Part shown: positions 45,736-59,904 of the stretch, one piece after another
How positions within the stretch are numbered: position 1 is the stretch's first letter
Layout of the letters: the number at the start of each line of letters is the position of its first letter
Source: Paraspadella gotoi
Taxonomy: Eukaryota; Animalia; Chaetognatha
DNA length: 64,000 bases
Assembly: GCA_051294375.1 (NCBI GenBank)
Contig: CM119266.1
Location: 3,784,420 to 3,848,419 of the forward strand
Direction: 5' to 3'
The notes under the pieces: model-generated
Told to the model about the DNA's origin: nothing
What the model saw: only the letters and a program-made list of their open reading frames with translations
Database searches by the model: none
Position numbers and translations under genes: made by a program

Positions 45736-48520
45736 CAGGTTATCTTCGATGATCAATCCTTATCCGGTCTCATACCAATCTCAACATCTTTAGTTTATTC
45801 AGCTTCTTCGTCAAATTTAGTCTTCACCTTAAAAGTTATCCTGACATCCACGGCTCTTAATTAATTTCTACTCCCTCCCTCACCCTATGTTATTCAAAAT
45901 TATTACAAAGTTATATCCTATTTCTTATTTTCATTATTAATAATTATTACTATTTTTTATTTTATTCTAACTCAATCTGCATCCAGTTTTCTCCGCTGCC
46001 AAGATTTCCCGGAAAAAGGGTCTCTCTCTCTTTCTATTCTCTCTCTCTCTCTCTCTCTCTACTCTTTGTTTATTCTGGTGCAGAGCGGGGGCGAACTCGA
46101 TCGCGCTACTGGACAAAGGGCGTCGGTCGAAGGGAGTCGGTCGGGCTTGACTCATTTCCCTCTCCTTTGCCCCCTCCTCCCTCTTCATTCCCGGAGGCCG
46201 CTCCTCCCTAATCTGGTTATATTAAGGTAAAATAATTTTTGGTCGGTTGGTCTTTCTTTTAATTTATTATAATAATTATACAATCTTAAATTTTTATCAC
46301 TTTTTATCAGTTTAATCTTTGTTTTAATACTACAAAAATATACACATAAGAAAAAAAAACATTAAACATATAAAAAATATAAAATTATAAAAAATATTAT
46401 AATAACAAAATTTATTTTTTAAATAATAACATTATAAAAAATTAAATTAAATTAAGATTAATATTTTTTTAATTCAAAATAAAAGTAGCGTTAAAATTTT
46501 ATTTTAAACAGCCTTATATTATAAGTTATAATAACCAAAAAATAAATTTTTATTTGAATGACCAATTCAAAATTTGAATATGTATGACACAATGAAAAAT
46601 GGCGTAACGTTACTGTTCCGTGCATAAAAAAAATTCACTGTTCAATTAATATGTTTGGGGACAACAACAACGATAACAACAACAACCTTTTTTACTTGTT
46701 TTTTTAAATAAAAAATAATATGCAAATGATATAGAAGTGAGGGTGGTAAAAAACAAATGATCAATCGCATAAGCAGCGCAAAATCTTGAAATAGCCGTTC
46801 CTAGTTCTTCCTTCCTCCACTCCTCTCGCTGCTTCTTCCTCCTCCTCTTCCTCCTCTCGATCTCCTCGACCCCGAAACCCCGGATGTGATCGAACGCCTC
46901 CGTATTAGAAAACGACGACGACGACGACGAAAACAACGACAAAGACAACGACGACGATAACGACGAAGATGACGGCGAATATAAAAGCTAAGGACGACGT
47001 CATTGGACGAAACGGTTTTGAGAAAAACCGCCGACGATATATGACATTAAATGTAATAAATGAATGAATTAAATTCAAAAGATTTAATATTAATGTAACG
47101 ATTTTTAAGCTTTGGTTTTTTGCGGATTTTAAGCTGAATTAACAGGTAAGATTTTGGCGAGAGTAATTTTGAATAGAGTATATTTTCCCCTCATAAATTA
47201 ATGGAAAAATAGCTTTCTTTCTATTCTTAAAAAAATGAATTTGCGGGCGAAATTCTGCCGGCGCAAACCCTGCCGGTTCAAAAACCCGCCGACGCATAAT
47301 GATATTCCTTCCGCCTCTCCCTTCTTCTCACGCTTGGCCGGTTTGGCGAATTAGGGTTTCTGTTGTGAGATTTCGTGATTCGTCTTTCACGAAATCGACT
47401 TCCTTTTCGCAATCGATTCTTTTGGTGAATTTCAACGATTTTTCTCACTGATTTCACTTCAGACGAACTCACATAGAATTTTCGTTATCGAAGGTAAGAT
47501 AAGTTGCGGAAAATGTTAAAGTGAGATTTTTAAAGTGAGGTTTATAATAAATAATTTTAATGAATATTATAAAATCTAAAACTTCAAATAGTAAAACAAG
47601 TAATTTTGCAAATTTTCATATTGAAATAAATTATTAACTATTTATTTTATATTTACAGTTAACGGGTCATTATTAGAAATTTTAAAAAATATTTATTGCT
47701 TTTAAATTTAAAATCGATTGTTTTTTGTTCTAATTTTAAAAGTTCTTTTTTCAACATATACTTTGTTATAATTACAACAATTTTTTCTCAGATTTTTTGT
47801 CATATATAAAAGTTTCGAAAACTCATAATTTTGCTCTTTTAGTAAACCGATGACGTCCTTCAGGATTAGATTAAATTTTATTCTCAAATAGAAGAATCAA
47901 ATTATCTTCTTTTCTCGCCTAGTCCATAATTTTTTTTGGTTCATTTTCAGTTGTGCAAATTGTTTTATTTTAACTTTACTTAACCACGAGAAACAGTAGC
48001 TATCTCCATAGGAACAGAACAGAAAAGAAGGACAAAAAAATAAACATTTTCCTAGGGTTTCTCTCAGTTTCCGTAAACAAATCACCTTGAACGGATTTTT
48101 CCTTGGAAATTTGATCCAAATCTGAAAAGAAGATTCTTCAAATTCTCTTTTACAATCGCGTTCCTCTCTTTTTTTCTCTTCCTTTTTTTTCCCTTTCTTT
48201 TTAGTACTCTTCCTTTTTTCTTCCTACTTTTTTTCAATTTAACGCGAGACTCTTAAACATTGATATCATATCATATCATATCATATCATATCATATCATA
48301 TTCATTTTTCGTCTCTCTTTTTTCATTTTTTCTCTTCCTTTTTTAGCAAAGGGACTTTGGTTCATCTCAAATTTCTTAATCTCATTTACATATTGTAGCA
48401 ATTTAAATTAACTCTTCACGGACTTTATTTTAATCAGTTGAATAATGATTTAATATTGATTCTTCCCTTTTTAGGTTTTCACTTTTCGAACAAAGAAAGT
48501 TATCCCATCTAGCGGCAAAG

Positions 48521-48662
48521 ATGGGTCGGGGTGTTACGCTCGCCCCGGGCCTGAATGCCCTCTCTCCCCTTTTCCCTCTCCCTCTTTGCCTCGTCTCTCT
48601 CATTCTCTCTCTCTTCATCGAATCTCCTCAAGCTTCGATCGAAGCTGGACAACCTGCACTGG
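48521..48662 (+). CDS. SRCR-domain gene, signal-peptide exon
   Basis: aaagATGG start. MGRGVTLAPGLNALSPLFPLPLCLVSLILSLFIESPQASIEAGQPAL with a hydrophobic core. Donor |gtaatc phase 1 joins in frame to the SRCR exon. Confidence 0.7.
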
Positions 48663-48735
48663 GTAATCGAGTGAAGTGAAAGTTTGGAATCAAAATTTAA
48701 CAATTATATATTGAAAACTAAATAACGGTTTTGGA

Positions 48736-49075
48736 TGAGAGATGGCTGGAGTGAGAGATGGCTGGAGTGAGGGATGGCTGGAGTAAGAAGAATGGCTGGA
48801 GTGAGAGATGGCTGGAGTGAGAGATGGCTGGAGTGAGAGATTGCTGGAGTGAGAGATGCTGAAGTGAGAGATGCTGGAGTGAGAAATGGCTGGAGTGAGA
48901 GATGGCTGGAGTGAGAGATGGCTGGAGTGAGAGATGGCTGAGTGAGAGATGGCTGGAGTGAGAAATGGCTGGAGTGAGAGATGGCTGGAGTGAGAAATGG
49001 CTGGAGTGAGAAATGGCTGGAGTGAGAAATGGCTGTAGTGAGAGATGGCTGGAGTGAGAAATGGCTGGAGTAAGA
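48736..49075. repeat. Minisatellite, 16-bp unit GAGAGATGGCTGGAGT
   Basis: About 21 units. Duplicate at 53827-54120. Confidence 0.93.
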
Positions 49076-49181
49076 GTCGGCCGGTTTGAAGTCAGTGTTT
49101 AAGGGTCTGTGTGATTAGAGCGGGTCAGGGCGTCAAGGGTTAATTTCGAGAGTCGGAGAGGTGACAATGAGTTGCAGAAAT

Positions 49182-49231
<50 letters not shown>

Positions 49232-49370
49232 GGCAAAATAGGTGTAAGAAATAAGAGTAAAAATATTAATAAGAAATCATATGGATATACATAAAATAAT
49301 AAGTGTCTTGTTTTTTTAAGGTTTCGTTGCATAACACTCACAATACTAAAAGGAAATCGACTAGGGAAGA

Positions 49371-49459
<89 letters not shown>

Positions 49460-49604
49460 TTTATGTCTCTCGACATCAAGAGATAAAGTCGTTTTCTCTC
49501 GTATCTTCTCTTCTGACCCGAAGTTTGACCGTCAGAGGTCAGACTCGTCGAACGCTGAGAATTCACGGCCTCATTTTATGAATTTTGTTTGTGTTGGTGC
49601 GACT

Positions 49605-49675
<71 letters not shown>

Positions 49676-49733
49676 GGATTCAGGAATAAGGGCCTCGCTT
49701 TACTGAGAGAGATTTATGATATAAGATAACGAG

Positions 49734-49824
<91 letters not shown>

Positions 49825-50124
49825 ATCACAGAAATGAAAAATTATCTTTCTGTTATCTGACAAAAATGCTGTAGAAACGAGTATGAGCGGAATTCCTCAA
49901 TAAATATCCTAATTTTTGCATCTGAAATTTTCATTGATGCGAGACAATGTTTAAAAAAAATAAATAAATAAAATTCATTTTGTTTTTGAAAGTTTTTATT
50001 AAAGCTTTAACAATATGTTGCAGAAAAAGGTACTTTTTTTAATAATGTGTGACGGCGGGGCGCGAACCCTTGGCCGCTATGCTTGAAGATGTTAATGCTC
50101 GCTTTTTGGCCACTCGAGTAGTAA

Positions 50125-50661
50125 GGCGTCGTAAAATTTCTAAATTTAACTTTAATTAAAATTCTAAAAGTGAAAAACGAACAACATTATACTAATGAAC
50201 ATTTATGTATAAAACAATTATAATAAATTTTACAATTTAAGCAGTAGGCCATATTTATACTAGTATTAATCCAATAAATGTTAAAATTTCAAAACAGTTT
50301 TTTCTAAGATTTTTTTGCAGATTTGGATTCGTCATAAAAAGTTGGTAAAAAGAAATATAACTCTTTTTGAAAAATTCCTTCATTAAGTGGGTCAAAAATT
50401 AGAAAAAGCTATATTTTAAGCTGAAAATTAACTTTTTACATATTAAATATAGTTTTTTTAATTTTTAACTCACTTAATGAAAGAATTTTTAAAAAAGATT
50501 TATAAAGATAGATTTTATAAGGATAGTACTATGTATAAATATAGCCTACTGCAAAAATTAAAAAACATAAAATTAATTTTTTTTACAAATTAATGTTCAC
50601 TGATGGTATGTTGTTCATAATTGACTTTTAGAATTTCCATACGTAACTTTCACTACGCTCT
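50125..50661. mobile_element. Same foldback/MITE family, in the SRCR gene intron
   Basis: Collinear with 14443-15242 (taaggcgt...aaattctaaaagtg...cactacgctcta), with an internal segment missing. Confidence 0.75.
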
Positions 50662-50787
50662 ATTGAGTAGAATAGTGTGAATTCTAATAATCAAACGGGG
50701 AGAGCGAGATTTAAAGAGTTGTCACAACTTCATTATTTTGTATTTTCAATAACTATTCCCTCTCTTTCCCTGCCGCGCCCTCTTCAG

Positions 50788-50973
50788 TCGAGATCCGCCT
50801 CGCCGACGGCAACGCCACCGCCGGTCGCGTCGAAGTTTTCTACGACGACATCTGGGGGACGATTTGCGATGACCACTGGGGAATGGATGACGCCAAAGTC
50901 GTTTGTGGTCAGCTTGGCCTTGGGGTACCGATCGCTTTCACCAAAAAGGCCGCACTCTTTGGACCCGGAACTG
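50788..50973 (+). CDS. Scavenger receptor cysteine-rich (SRCR) domain, first half
   Basis: cttcag|...|gtgagt. VEIRLADGNATAGRVEVFYDDIWGTICDDHWGMDDAKVVCGQLGLGVPIAFTKKAALFGPGT matches the SRCR signature (GRVEV, WGTICDD.W...A.VVC.QLG). Missed by the ORF track. Confidence 0.95.
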
Positions 50974-53900
50974 GTGAGTGTGAAAAAAAGAGAAGAGAGA
51001 ATTGAGTGTAGCGGACACGGCCCTCAACCATCTTGAGAACCTGGCAAACCTTCAAGCCTGGTTCCAATCCCAGGACCCCTTCCATGGCTGCTGGAGGAGT
51101 TAAAGAAGTTGCGGATAGCACTCTTCAGCCCACTAAGCGCCGTATCCACACCGGGTACAATCATAAGTCGACACTTTACCAAAAGGAATCGTGAGGATAG
51201 GCTTAAACCGATTGGGGCGCAAAGCGATCCCGAAACCCTAATTGCAAGTTCAGGACCCATTACATAAGTGATTGACCCGGCTAAAGAAAGTCAGGAGGAA
51301 CATCTTTAGCTCACATCCTTGTGATCTATTTTTAAACTTAAGGCCTCATGGCTCGTTGGCCGTTGCTACCGAGTTAATATTAATTGTTTTATTTTTGAGT
51401 TAAACCTTCGATCGAATGACCTTTTAAAAAAACAAAAAAACGAGGCGAAACGAAGAAGGAAACAAAGTAGTAAACAAAAGGAAATAAAAGGAAGAGAAAG
51501 AAGAAGGAAACNNNNNNNNNNNNNNNNNNNNNNNNNNNNNNNNNNNNNNNNNNNNNNNNNNNNNNNNNNNNNNNNNNNNNNNNNNNNNNNNNNNNNNNNN
51601 NNNNNNNNNNTTATTTCCTTTTGTTTTCTACTCTGTTCCTTCTTCTTTCTCTTCCTTTTATTTCCTTTTGTTTTCTACTTTGTTTCCTTCTTCTTCTCTT
51701 CCTTTATTTCCTTTTGTTTTCTACTTTGTTTCCTTCTTCTTTCCCTTCATTTTATCTTCTTTTGTTTTCTACTTTGTTTCCTTCTTCTTTCTCTTCCTTT
51801 ATTTCCTTTTGTTTTCTCTTGTTTCCTTCTTCTTTCCTTCCTTTTATCTCTTTTGTTTTCTACTTGTTTCCTTCTTCGTTCTCCTCCTTTGTTTTCTACT
51901 TTGTTTCCTTCTTCTTTCTCTTCCTTTTATTTCCTTTTGTTTTCTACTTTGTTTCCTTCTTCTTTCTCTTCCTCTATTTCTTTTTGTTTCTACTTTGTTT
52001 CTTCTTCTTTCCTTCCTCTATTTCCTTTTGTTTTCTACTTTGTTTCCTTCTTCTTTCCCTTCATTTTATCTTCTTTTGTTTTCTACTTTAGGAAACAAAG
52101 TAGAAAACAAAGGAGGAGAAACGAAGAAGAAAACAAAGTAGAAAACAAAGGAGGATAAACGAAGAAGGAAGCAGAGTAGAAAACAAAGGAGGAGAAACGA
52201 AAAAGGAAGCAGAGTAGAAAACAAAGGAGGAGAAACGAAGAAGGAAACAAAGTAGAAAACAAAGGAGGAGAAACAAAGAAGGAAACAAAGTAAAAAACAA
52301 AAGGAGATAAAAGGAAGGGAAAGAAGAAGGAAGCAGAGTAGAAAACAAAGGAGGAGAAACAAAGAAGGAAACAGAGTAGAAAACAAAGGAGGAGAAACGA
52401 AGAAGGAAGCAGAGTAGAAAACAAAGGAGGGGAAACGAAGAAGGAAGCAGAGTAGAAAACAAAGGAGGAGAAACGAAGAAGGAAACAAAGTAGAAAACAA
52501 AGGAGGAGAAACGAAGAAGGAAACAAAGTAGAAAACAAAAGGAGATAAAAGGAGAAAAAGATTTGAAGCGAAGAGATTTTTTTATTTTGGCGAGAATTCT
52601 GTGCGACGATGAAGAAAGAGAGAGAGAGAGAGAGNNNNNNNNNNNNNNNNNNNNNNNNNTATTTTACAGTTAACGGGTCATTATTTAGAAATTTTAAAAA
52701 AAATATTTTATTGCTTTTAAATTTAAAATCGATTGTTTTTTGTTCTAATTTTAAAAGTTCTTTTTTCAACATATACTTTGTTATAATTACAACAATTTTT
52801 TTTTCTCAGATTTTTGTCATATATAAAAGTTTCGAAAACTCATAATTTGCTCTTTTAGTAAACGATGACGTCCTTCAGGATTAGATTAAATTTTATTTCT
52901 CAAATATATGATAATCCTTTCTTTTCGTTGTAAATGATTTAGAGAAAAAACAATTTTCCCTTCTCAAATAGAAGAATCAAATTATCTTCTTTCTCGCCCT
53001 AGTCAATAATTTTTTTTTTGGTTCATTTTCAGTTGTGCAAATTGTTTTATTTTAACTTTACTTAACCACGAGAAACAGTAGCTATCTCCATAGGAACAGA
53101 ACAGAAAGAAGGACAAAAAAAAATAAACATTTTCCTAGGGTTTCTCTCAGTTTCCGTAAACAAATCACCTTGAACGGATTTTTCCTTGGAAATTTGATCC
53201 AAATCTGAAAAGAGATTCTTCAAATTCTCTTTTACAATCGCGTTTCCTCTCTTTTTTTCTCTTCCTGTTTTTTTCCCTTTCTTTTTAGTACTCTTCCTTT
53301 TTTCTTCCCCTACTTTTTTCAATTTAAACGCGAGACTTTAAACATTGATAATCATATCATTATCATATCATATCATATCATATCATATTCATTTTTCGTC
53401 TCTCTTTTTTCATTTTTTCTCTTTCTTTTTTAGCAAAGGGACTTTTGGTTCATTCTCAATTTTCTTAATTCTCATTACATATTGTAGCAATTTAAATTAA
53501 CTCTTCACGGACTTTATTTTAATCAGTTGAATAATGATTTTAATATTTGATTCTTCCTTATTTAGGTTTTTCACTTTCGAACAAAGAAAGGTTTACCAAT
53601 CTAGCGCAAGAGGGTCGGGGTGTTACCCGCTCGCCCCGGGCCTGAATGCCCTCTCTCCCCTTTTTCCCTCTCCTCTTTGCCTCGTCTCTCTCATTCTCTC
53701 TCTCTTCAATCGAATCTCCTCAAGCTTCGATCGGAAGCTGGACAACCTGCACGGTAATGCGAGTGAAGTGAAGTTTGGAATCAAAATTTAACAATTATAT
53801 ATTGAAAATAAATAACGGTTTTGGATGAGAGATGGCTGGAGTTGAGAGATGGCTGGAGTGAGAGATGGCTGGAGTAAGAGATGGCTGGAGTGAGAATGGC

Positions 53901-54225
53901 TGGGAGTGAGAGGATGGCTGGAGTGAGAGATGGCTGGAGTGAGAGATGGCTGAAGTGAGAGATGGCTGGAGTGAGAAATGGCTGGAGTGAGGATGGCTGA
54001 AGTGAAGATGGCTGGAGTGAGAAATGGCTGTAGTGAGAAATGGCTGGAGTGAGAAATGGCTGGAGTGAGAAATGGCTGTAGTGAGAGATGGCTGGAGTGA
54101 GAAATTGGCTGGAGTAAGAGTTCGGCGCGTTTGAAGTCAGTGTTTAAGGGTTGTGTGATTAGAGCGGGTCAGGGCGTCAAGGGTTAATTTTCGAAGTCGG
54201 AGAGGTGACAATGAGTTGCAGAAAT

Positions 54226-54277
<52 letters not shown>

Positions 54278-54419
54278 GGCAAAAAATAGGTGTAAGAAAT
54301 AGAGTAAAAATATTAATAAGGAAATCATATGGATATAACATAAATAATAATGTGTCTTGTTTTTTAAGGGTTTCGTTGCATAACACTCACAATACTAAAA
54401 GGAAATCGACTAGGGAAGA

Positions 54420-54475
<56 letters not shown>

Positions 54476-54622
54476 TGGTTTATGTCTCTCGACATCAAGA
54501 GATAAAGTCGTTTTCTCTCGTATCTTCTCTTCTGACCCGAAGTTTGACCGTCAGAGGTCAGACTCGTCGAACTCTGAGATTCACGGCCTCATTTTATGAA
54601 TTTTGTTTGTGTTGGTGCGACT

Positions 54623-54701
<79 letters not shown>

Positions 54702-54759
54702 GGATTCATGAATAAGGGCCTCGCTTTACATGAGAGAGATTTATGATATAGATAACGAG

Positions 54760-54828
<69 letters not shown>

Positions 54829-55793
54829 AATCACAGAATGAAAAAATTATCTTTCTGTTATCTGACAAAAATGCTGTAGAAAACGAGTATGAGCGGAATT
54901 TCCTCAATAAATTCTAATTTTTGCATCTGAAATTTTCATTGATGCGAGACAATGTTTTAAAAAATAAATAAATAAAAATTCATTTTGTTTTTGGAAAGTT
55001 TTTATAAAGCTTTAACAATATGTTGCAGAAAAAGGTACTTTTTTTAATAATGTGTGACGGCGGGGCGCGACCTTGGCCGCTATGCTTGAAGATGTTAATG
55101 CTCGCTTTTTTGGCCACTCGAGTAGTAAGGCGTCGTAAAAATTCTAAATTTAACTTTAATTAAATTCTAAATGAAAAACGAACAACATTATACTAAATGA
55201 ACATTTATGTATAAAACAATTTATAATAAATTTTACAATTTAAGCAGTAGGCATATTTATACTAGTATTAATACCAATAAATGTTAAAATTTCAAAACAG
55301 TTTTTTCTAAGATTTTTTTGCAGATTTGGATTCGTCATAAAAAGTTGGTAAAAGAAATATAACTCTTTTTGAAAAATTCCTTCATTAAGTGGGTCAAAAA
55401 TTAGAAAAAGCTATATTTAAGCTGAAAATTAACTTTTACATATTAAATATAGTTTTTTTAATTTTTAAACTCACTTAATGAAAGAATTTTTAAAAAAGAT
55501 TATAAAGATAGATTTATATAAGGATAGTACTATGTATAAAATATAGCCTACTGCAAAAATAAATAAACATAAATTAAATTTTTTTTTACAAATTAATGTT
55601 CACTGATGGTATGTTGTTCAATAATTGACTTTTAGAATTTCCATACGTAACTTTCACTACGCTCTATTGAGTAGAAAGGTGTGAATTCTAATAATCAAAC
55701 GGGGAGAGCGAGATTTAAAGAGTTGTCACAACTTCATTATTTTGTATTTTTCAAAAAACTATTCCCTCTCTTTCCCTGCCGCGCCCTCTTCAG

Positions 55794-55977
55794 TCGAGAT
55801 CCGCCTCGCCGACGGCAACGCCCACCGCCGGTCGCGTCGAAGTTTTCTACGACACCTCTGGGCGGACGATTTGCGATGACCACTGGGGAATGGATGACGC
55901 AAAGTCGTTTGTGGTCAGCTTGGCCTTGGGTACGATCGCTTTCACCAAAAAAGGCCGCACTCTTGGACCCGGAACTG
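55794..55977 (+). pseudogene. Frameshifted duplicate of the SRCR first-half exon (probably an assembly duplicate)
   Basis: Near-identical to 50788-50973 but with several 1-nt indels and a damaged donor (ggaactgtggtg). The duplicated signal exon near 53610 lacks the ATG. Confidence 0.7.
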
Positions 55978-56439
55978 TGGTGTGAAAAAAAGAGAAGAGA
56001 GAATTGAGTGTACGGACACGGCCTCAACCATCTTGAAACCTGGCAAACCTTCAAGCCTGGTTCCAATCCCAGGACCCCTTCCATGGCTGCTGAGGAGTTA
56101 AAGAAGTTGCGATTAGCACTCTTCAGCCCACTAAGCGCCGTATCCACACCGGGTACAATCATAAGTCGACACTTTACCAAAAGGAATCGTGAGGATAGGC
56201 TTAAACCGATTGGGCGCAAGCGATCCGAAACCCTAATTGCAAGTCAGGACCCATTACATAAGTGATTGACCCGGCTAAAGAAAGTCAGGAGGAACATCTT
56301 TAGCTCACATCCTTGTGAATCTATTTTTAAACTTAAGGCCTCATGGCTCGTTGGCCGTTGCTACCGAGTTTAATATTAATTTTTTTATTTTTGAGTTAAC
56401 CTTCGATCGAATGACCTTTTAAAAAACAAAAAAACGAGC

Positions 56440-57560
56440 GAAACGAAGAAGGAAACAAAGTAGTAACAAAAGAAATAAAAGGAGAGAAAGAAGAAGGAAA
56501 CAAAGTAGAAAACAAAAGAAGATAAAATGAAGGGAAAAGAAGAAGGAAAACAAAGTAGAAAACAAAAGAAAATAGAGGAAGGAAAGAAGAAGAAACAAAG
56601 TAGAAAACAAAAAGAAATAGAGGAGAGAAGAAGAAGGAAAAAGTAGAAACAAAAGAAATAAAAGGAAGAGAAAGAAGAAGGAAACAAAGTAGAAAACAAA
56701 AGGAGGAGAACGAAGAAGGAAACAAAGTAGAAAACAAAAGAGATAAAAGGAAGGGAAAGAAGAAGGAAACAAAGAAGAAACAAAAGAAATAAAGGAAGAG
56801 AAAGAGAAGGAAACAAAGTAGAAAACAAAAGAAGATAAAATGAAGGGAAAGAAAGAGGAAAAAAAGTAGAAAACAAAAGGAAATAAAGGAAGAGAAGAAG
56901 AAGGAAACAAAGTAGAAAACAAAAGGAAATAAAAGGAAGAGAAAGAAGAAGGAAACAGAGTAGAAAACAAAGGAAATAAAAGGAAGAGAAAGAAGAAGGA
57001 AACAAAGTAGAAAATAAAAGGAAGAGAAAGAAGAAGGAAACAAAGTAGAAAACAAAGGAGGAGAAATGAAGAAGGAAACAAAGTAGAAAACAAAGGAGGA
57101 GAAATGAAGAAGGAAACAAAGTAGAAAACAAAGGAGGAGAAACGAAGAAGAAAACAAAGTAGAAAACAAAGGAGGATAAACGAAGAAGGAAGCAGAGTAG
57201 AAACAAAGGAGGAGAAACGAAAAAGGAAGCAGAGTAAAAACAAAGGAGGAGAAACGAAGAAGGAAACAAAGTAGAAAACAAAGGAGGAGAACAAAGAAGG
57301 AACAAAGTAAAACAAAAGGAGATAAAAGGAAGGGAAAGAAAAGGAAGCAGAGTAGAAAAACAAAGGAGGAGAAACAAAGAAGAAACAGAGTAGAAAACAA
57401 AGAGGAGAAACGAAGAAGAAGCAGAGTAGAAAACAAGGAGCGGAAACGAAGAAGGAAGCAGAGTAGAAAACAAAGGAGAGAAACGAAGAAGGAAACAAAG
57501 TAGAAAACAAAGGAGGAGAAACGAAGAAGGAAACAAAGTAGAAACAAAAGGAGATAAAGG
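56440..57560. repeat. Purine-rich satellite, ~38-44-bp unit GAAGAAGGAAACAAAGTAGAAAACAAAGGAGGAGAAAC
   Basis: Tandem units that generate the long F/L/S-rich ORFs. Counterpart at 51450-52560. Confidence 0.93.
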
Positions 57561-57668
57561 AGAAAAAGATTTGAAGCGAAGAATTTTTTTATTTTGGCGA
57601 GAATTCTGTGGACGATGAAGAAAAGGAAAGAGAAGAGAGAAGAGAGAGGAGAGAAAGGAGAGAGAGAG

Positions 57669-57706
<38 letters not shown>

Positions 57707-57866
57707 TAGAGAGCGCGATTGGAAACGCAAGATTTTTTTATTTAATGTTTTTGGCTCAAATAGAAAAACAAAAAAAAACCAGAAAACAGAAAAAACCGAG
57801 CGGAATGAAAAAAGAAGGGTGGGAGACGGAGTTAGCTAGATGGAGACAGTGAGACCCAGAGAGAGG

Positions 57867-57939
<73 letters not shown>

Positions 57940-57995
57940 GGAATAAGGTCGATAACGTCAATAATGTTTCAAAAAAACGAAAAACAAAACCTGGC

Positions 57996-58122
57996 GAGCA
58001 ACAACACTATCGAGCAACAACGCTATCGAGCAACAACGCTATTGAGCAAAACGCTATCACGCAACAACGCTATCGAGCAATAACGCTATCAAGCATCAAG
58101 GCTATAAAGCATCAAGGCTATA
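57996..58122. repeat. Minisatellite, 16-bp unit GCAACAACGCTATCGA
   Basis: About 6-8 degenerate units. Confidence 0.8.
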
Positions 58123-58933
58123 AAGAAGATATAGACGACGACGATGACGACGACGAAAACCTTCAACGAAAATTCCCTTTGTCTTTTGAATTGTTATATG
58201 TCTTCTTTCATTTCTTTGTTTTTTCTGTGGCACTATTTACCGAAAACAACCCATTTAAATTCCTAATCCTTAATCTTAAATTTTACACTCATCCCTGAAT
58301 TTAATTCCTAGTCCCTAACTTTAATCTCTTACCATAACTCTAACTCAATCCCTAACCTAATATTTATCTCTAACCTATCGATCATTTACCAAATTATTTA
58401 AAGCTAAAAATAAACGCTTATGAATTTAAGTTGAAATCGGGCGTTTTGGAAAAAGTGTTTGTTTTTCTCACTTATTTTTTTTGTTATCCTTTTATTTCGT
58501 CTTTTTATTTCCTTTTATTTACATTTCCACTATCAAACTTCGATTCCCTCACCTTTTCCACACTCAAATGATCCTCGCCATTTCCTTCCGATGTTCTTTT
58601 ATTCTTTTGAGACGTTGCGTTAACTCATTAACCCATTAACCCATTAACCCATTACGACTTGGCGTATTTATTCAGTTCTTAATTGCGCAGTGGGAAATCG
58701 CCTTTGACTTTCCGCCACGATACTTTTATAATGTAACCTTTTATTTTTTGATAAGTTCTATGTATCTGAAAAAAATTAAAAAATAAATAAATAAATTTAA
58801 ATATAACAATAAATTAATTAACTAATTAATTAATTCGATAATAAATATGACTACGGATTTAGCCACACGTTGGTACAAGATCAGTTTTTAAAGTCCCGCT
58901 GATACAAAGCCCTACCAATCTTTTTCTTCCAAG

Positions 58934-59056
58934 GTCCCGTACTGCTTGATAACGTTGCTTGCATCGGAGACGAAGTCAACATCGGTGCTTGTCGTCATCG
59001 GGGCTTCAACGTAAGCAATTGCAATCACGCGGAAGACGCTGGAGTTATTTGTGCCG
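58934..59056 (+). CDS. SRCR domain, second half
   Basis: ttccaag|...|gtgagt. GPVLLDNVACIGDEVNIGACRHRGFNVSNCNHAEDAGVICA matches the SRCR C-terminal signature. Phases 1/1. Confidence 0.95.
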
Positions 59057-59060
59057 GTGA

Positions 59061-59250
59061 GTTAATTCAAGGTTAATTCAGGGTTAATTCAGGGTTAATT
59101 CAAAGGGTTAATTCAGGGTTAATTCAGGGTTTATTCAGAGGATTAATTCAGGGTTAATTCAGGGTTTAATCAGAGGATTAATTCAGGGTTAATTCAGAGG
59201 GTTAATTCAGGGTTAATTCAGAGGGTTAATTCAGGGTTAATTCAGAGGGT
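59061..59250. repeat. Minisatellite GGGTTAATTCA(GA)
   Basis: About 16 units starting at the SRCR exon donor. Confidence 0.9.
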
Positions 59251-59859
59251 AAGGGCGTCTTAGTCTTTTTGAGTTCATCGCCAAACCATTTTTCGTGGGC
59301 ATGAAAAATTTCAAAATTAGACGATATTAGACTAAATTAAACGAAATTTTAAAATGAATATAAAAAGTCTAAGATATTTTATATAATTATCAAATTTAAT
59401 TATTATTACATTTTAATCATATTTAATAATGTAAACAGGGAGGGTGATGTTAGGTCTTCTAGAAATGGAGGCAGCATTAAGGTTAAAAATTACTTTCTGC
59501 CATAGTTTTTTTAATTGCATATTAAACCTCATTCTTGTTAGTAAGTCATTCATTAAAAATCAAAATATCTATAAGTCTAAACAGAAGTAAGACTGTTCTC
59601 TTTGCCAAGAGAATACCAAGGATCGTTCTCCTTATTAGTAACTATTTTATTAGTTTTATTCAGTTCATTCAGCGCCGATTTGCCACATGCACTACTTTAC
59701 GTTATTTTAAAAAAAAAAGTTTCTGTCGTTTAAACTTTTCAGTTTTTGGTCTATTTTCGAGAATTAGGTCGTTTTTTCGGTTTTTAGCTCACAACTATAG
59801 CTGCCACGCTCTGTAACGGTCTGCCACGGCTGCCATTTGCCACGCCTTTTAACTTATTC

Positions 59860-59904
<45 letters not shown>

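Larger units (their letters stand above)
47651..57700. repeat. ~5-kb direct duplication (about 47651-52634 and 52660-57700) joined at an N gap
   Basis: Collinear copies; the second is indel-rich. Confidence 0.93.

Noticed and set aside
47812-47865. Hammerhead ribozyme on the minus strand (CTGAAGGA...CGAAAC)
   Set aside because: The core is not CUGANGA and there is no convincing stem II.
50677-51036. ORF-track translation of this region
   Set aside because: Wrong frame; the SRCR exon is in another + frame bounded by AG/GT.
47651-57700. Real tandem SRCR gene duplication
   Set aside because: The copies meet at an N gap and differ mostly by scattered 1-nt indels, as do the other gap-flanking duplicates (15575-15940, 43007-43313). 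An assembly artefact is more likely; read depth would decide.
56385-57730. 363-444 aa F/L/S-rich ORFs (also 51621-52772)
   Set aside because: They are translations of a purine-rich satellite, open in all three minus frames because the strand is A-poor.
58627-58653. (TTAACCCA)n as an interstitial telomere
   Set aside because: Only 3-4 units and not a canonical telomere motif.
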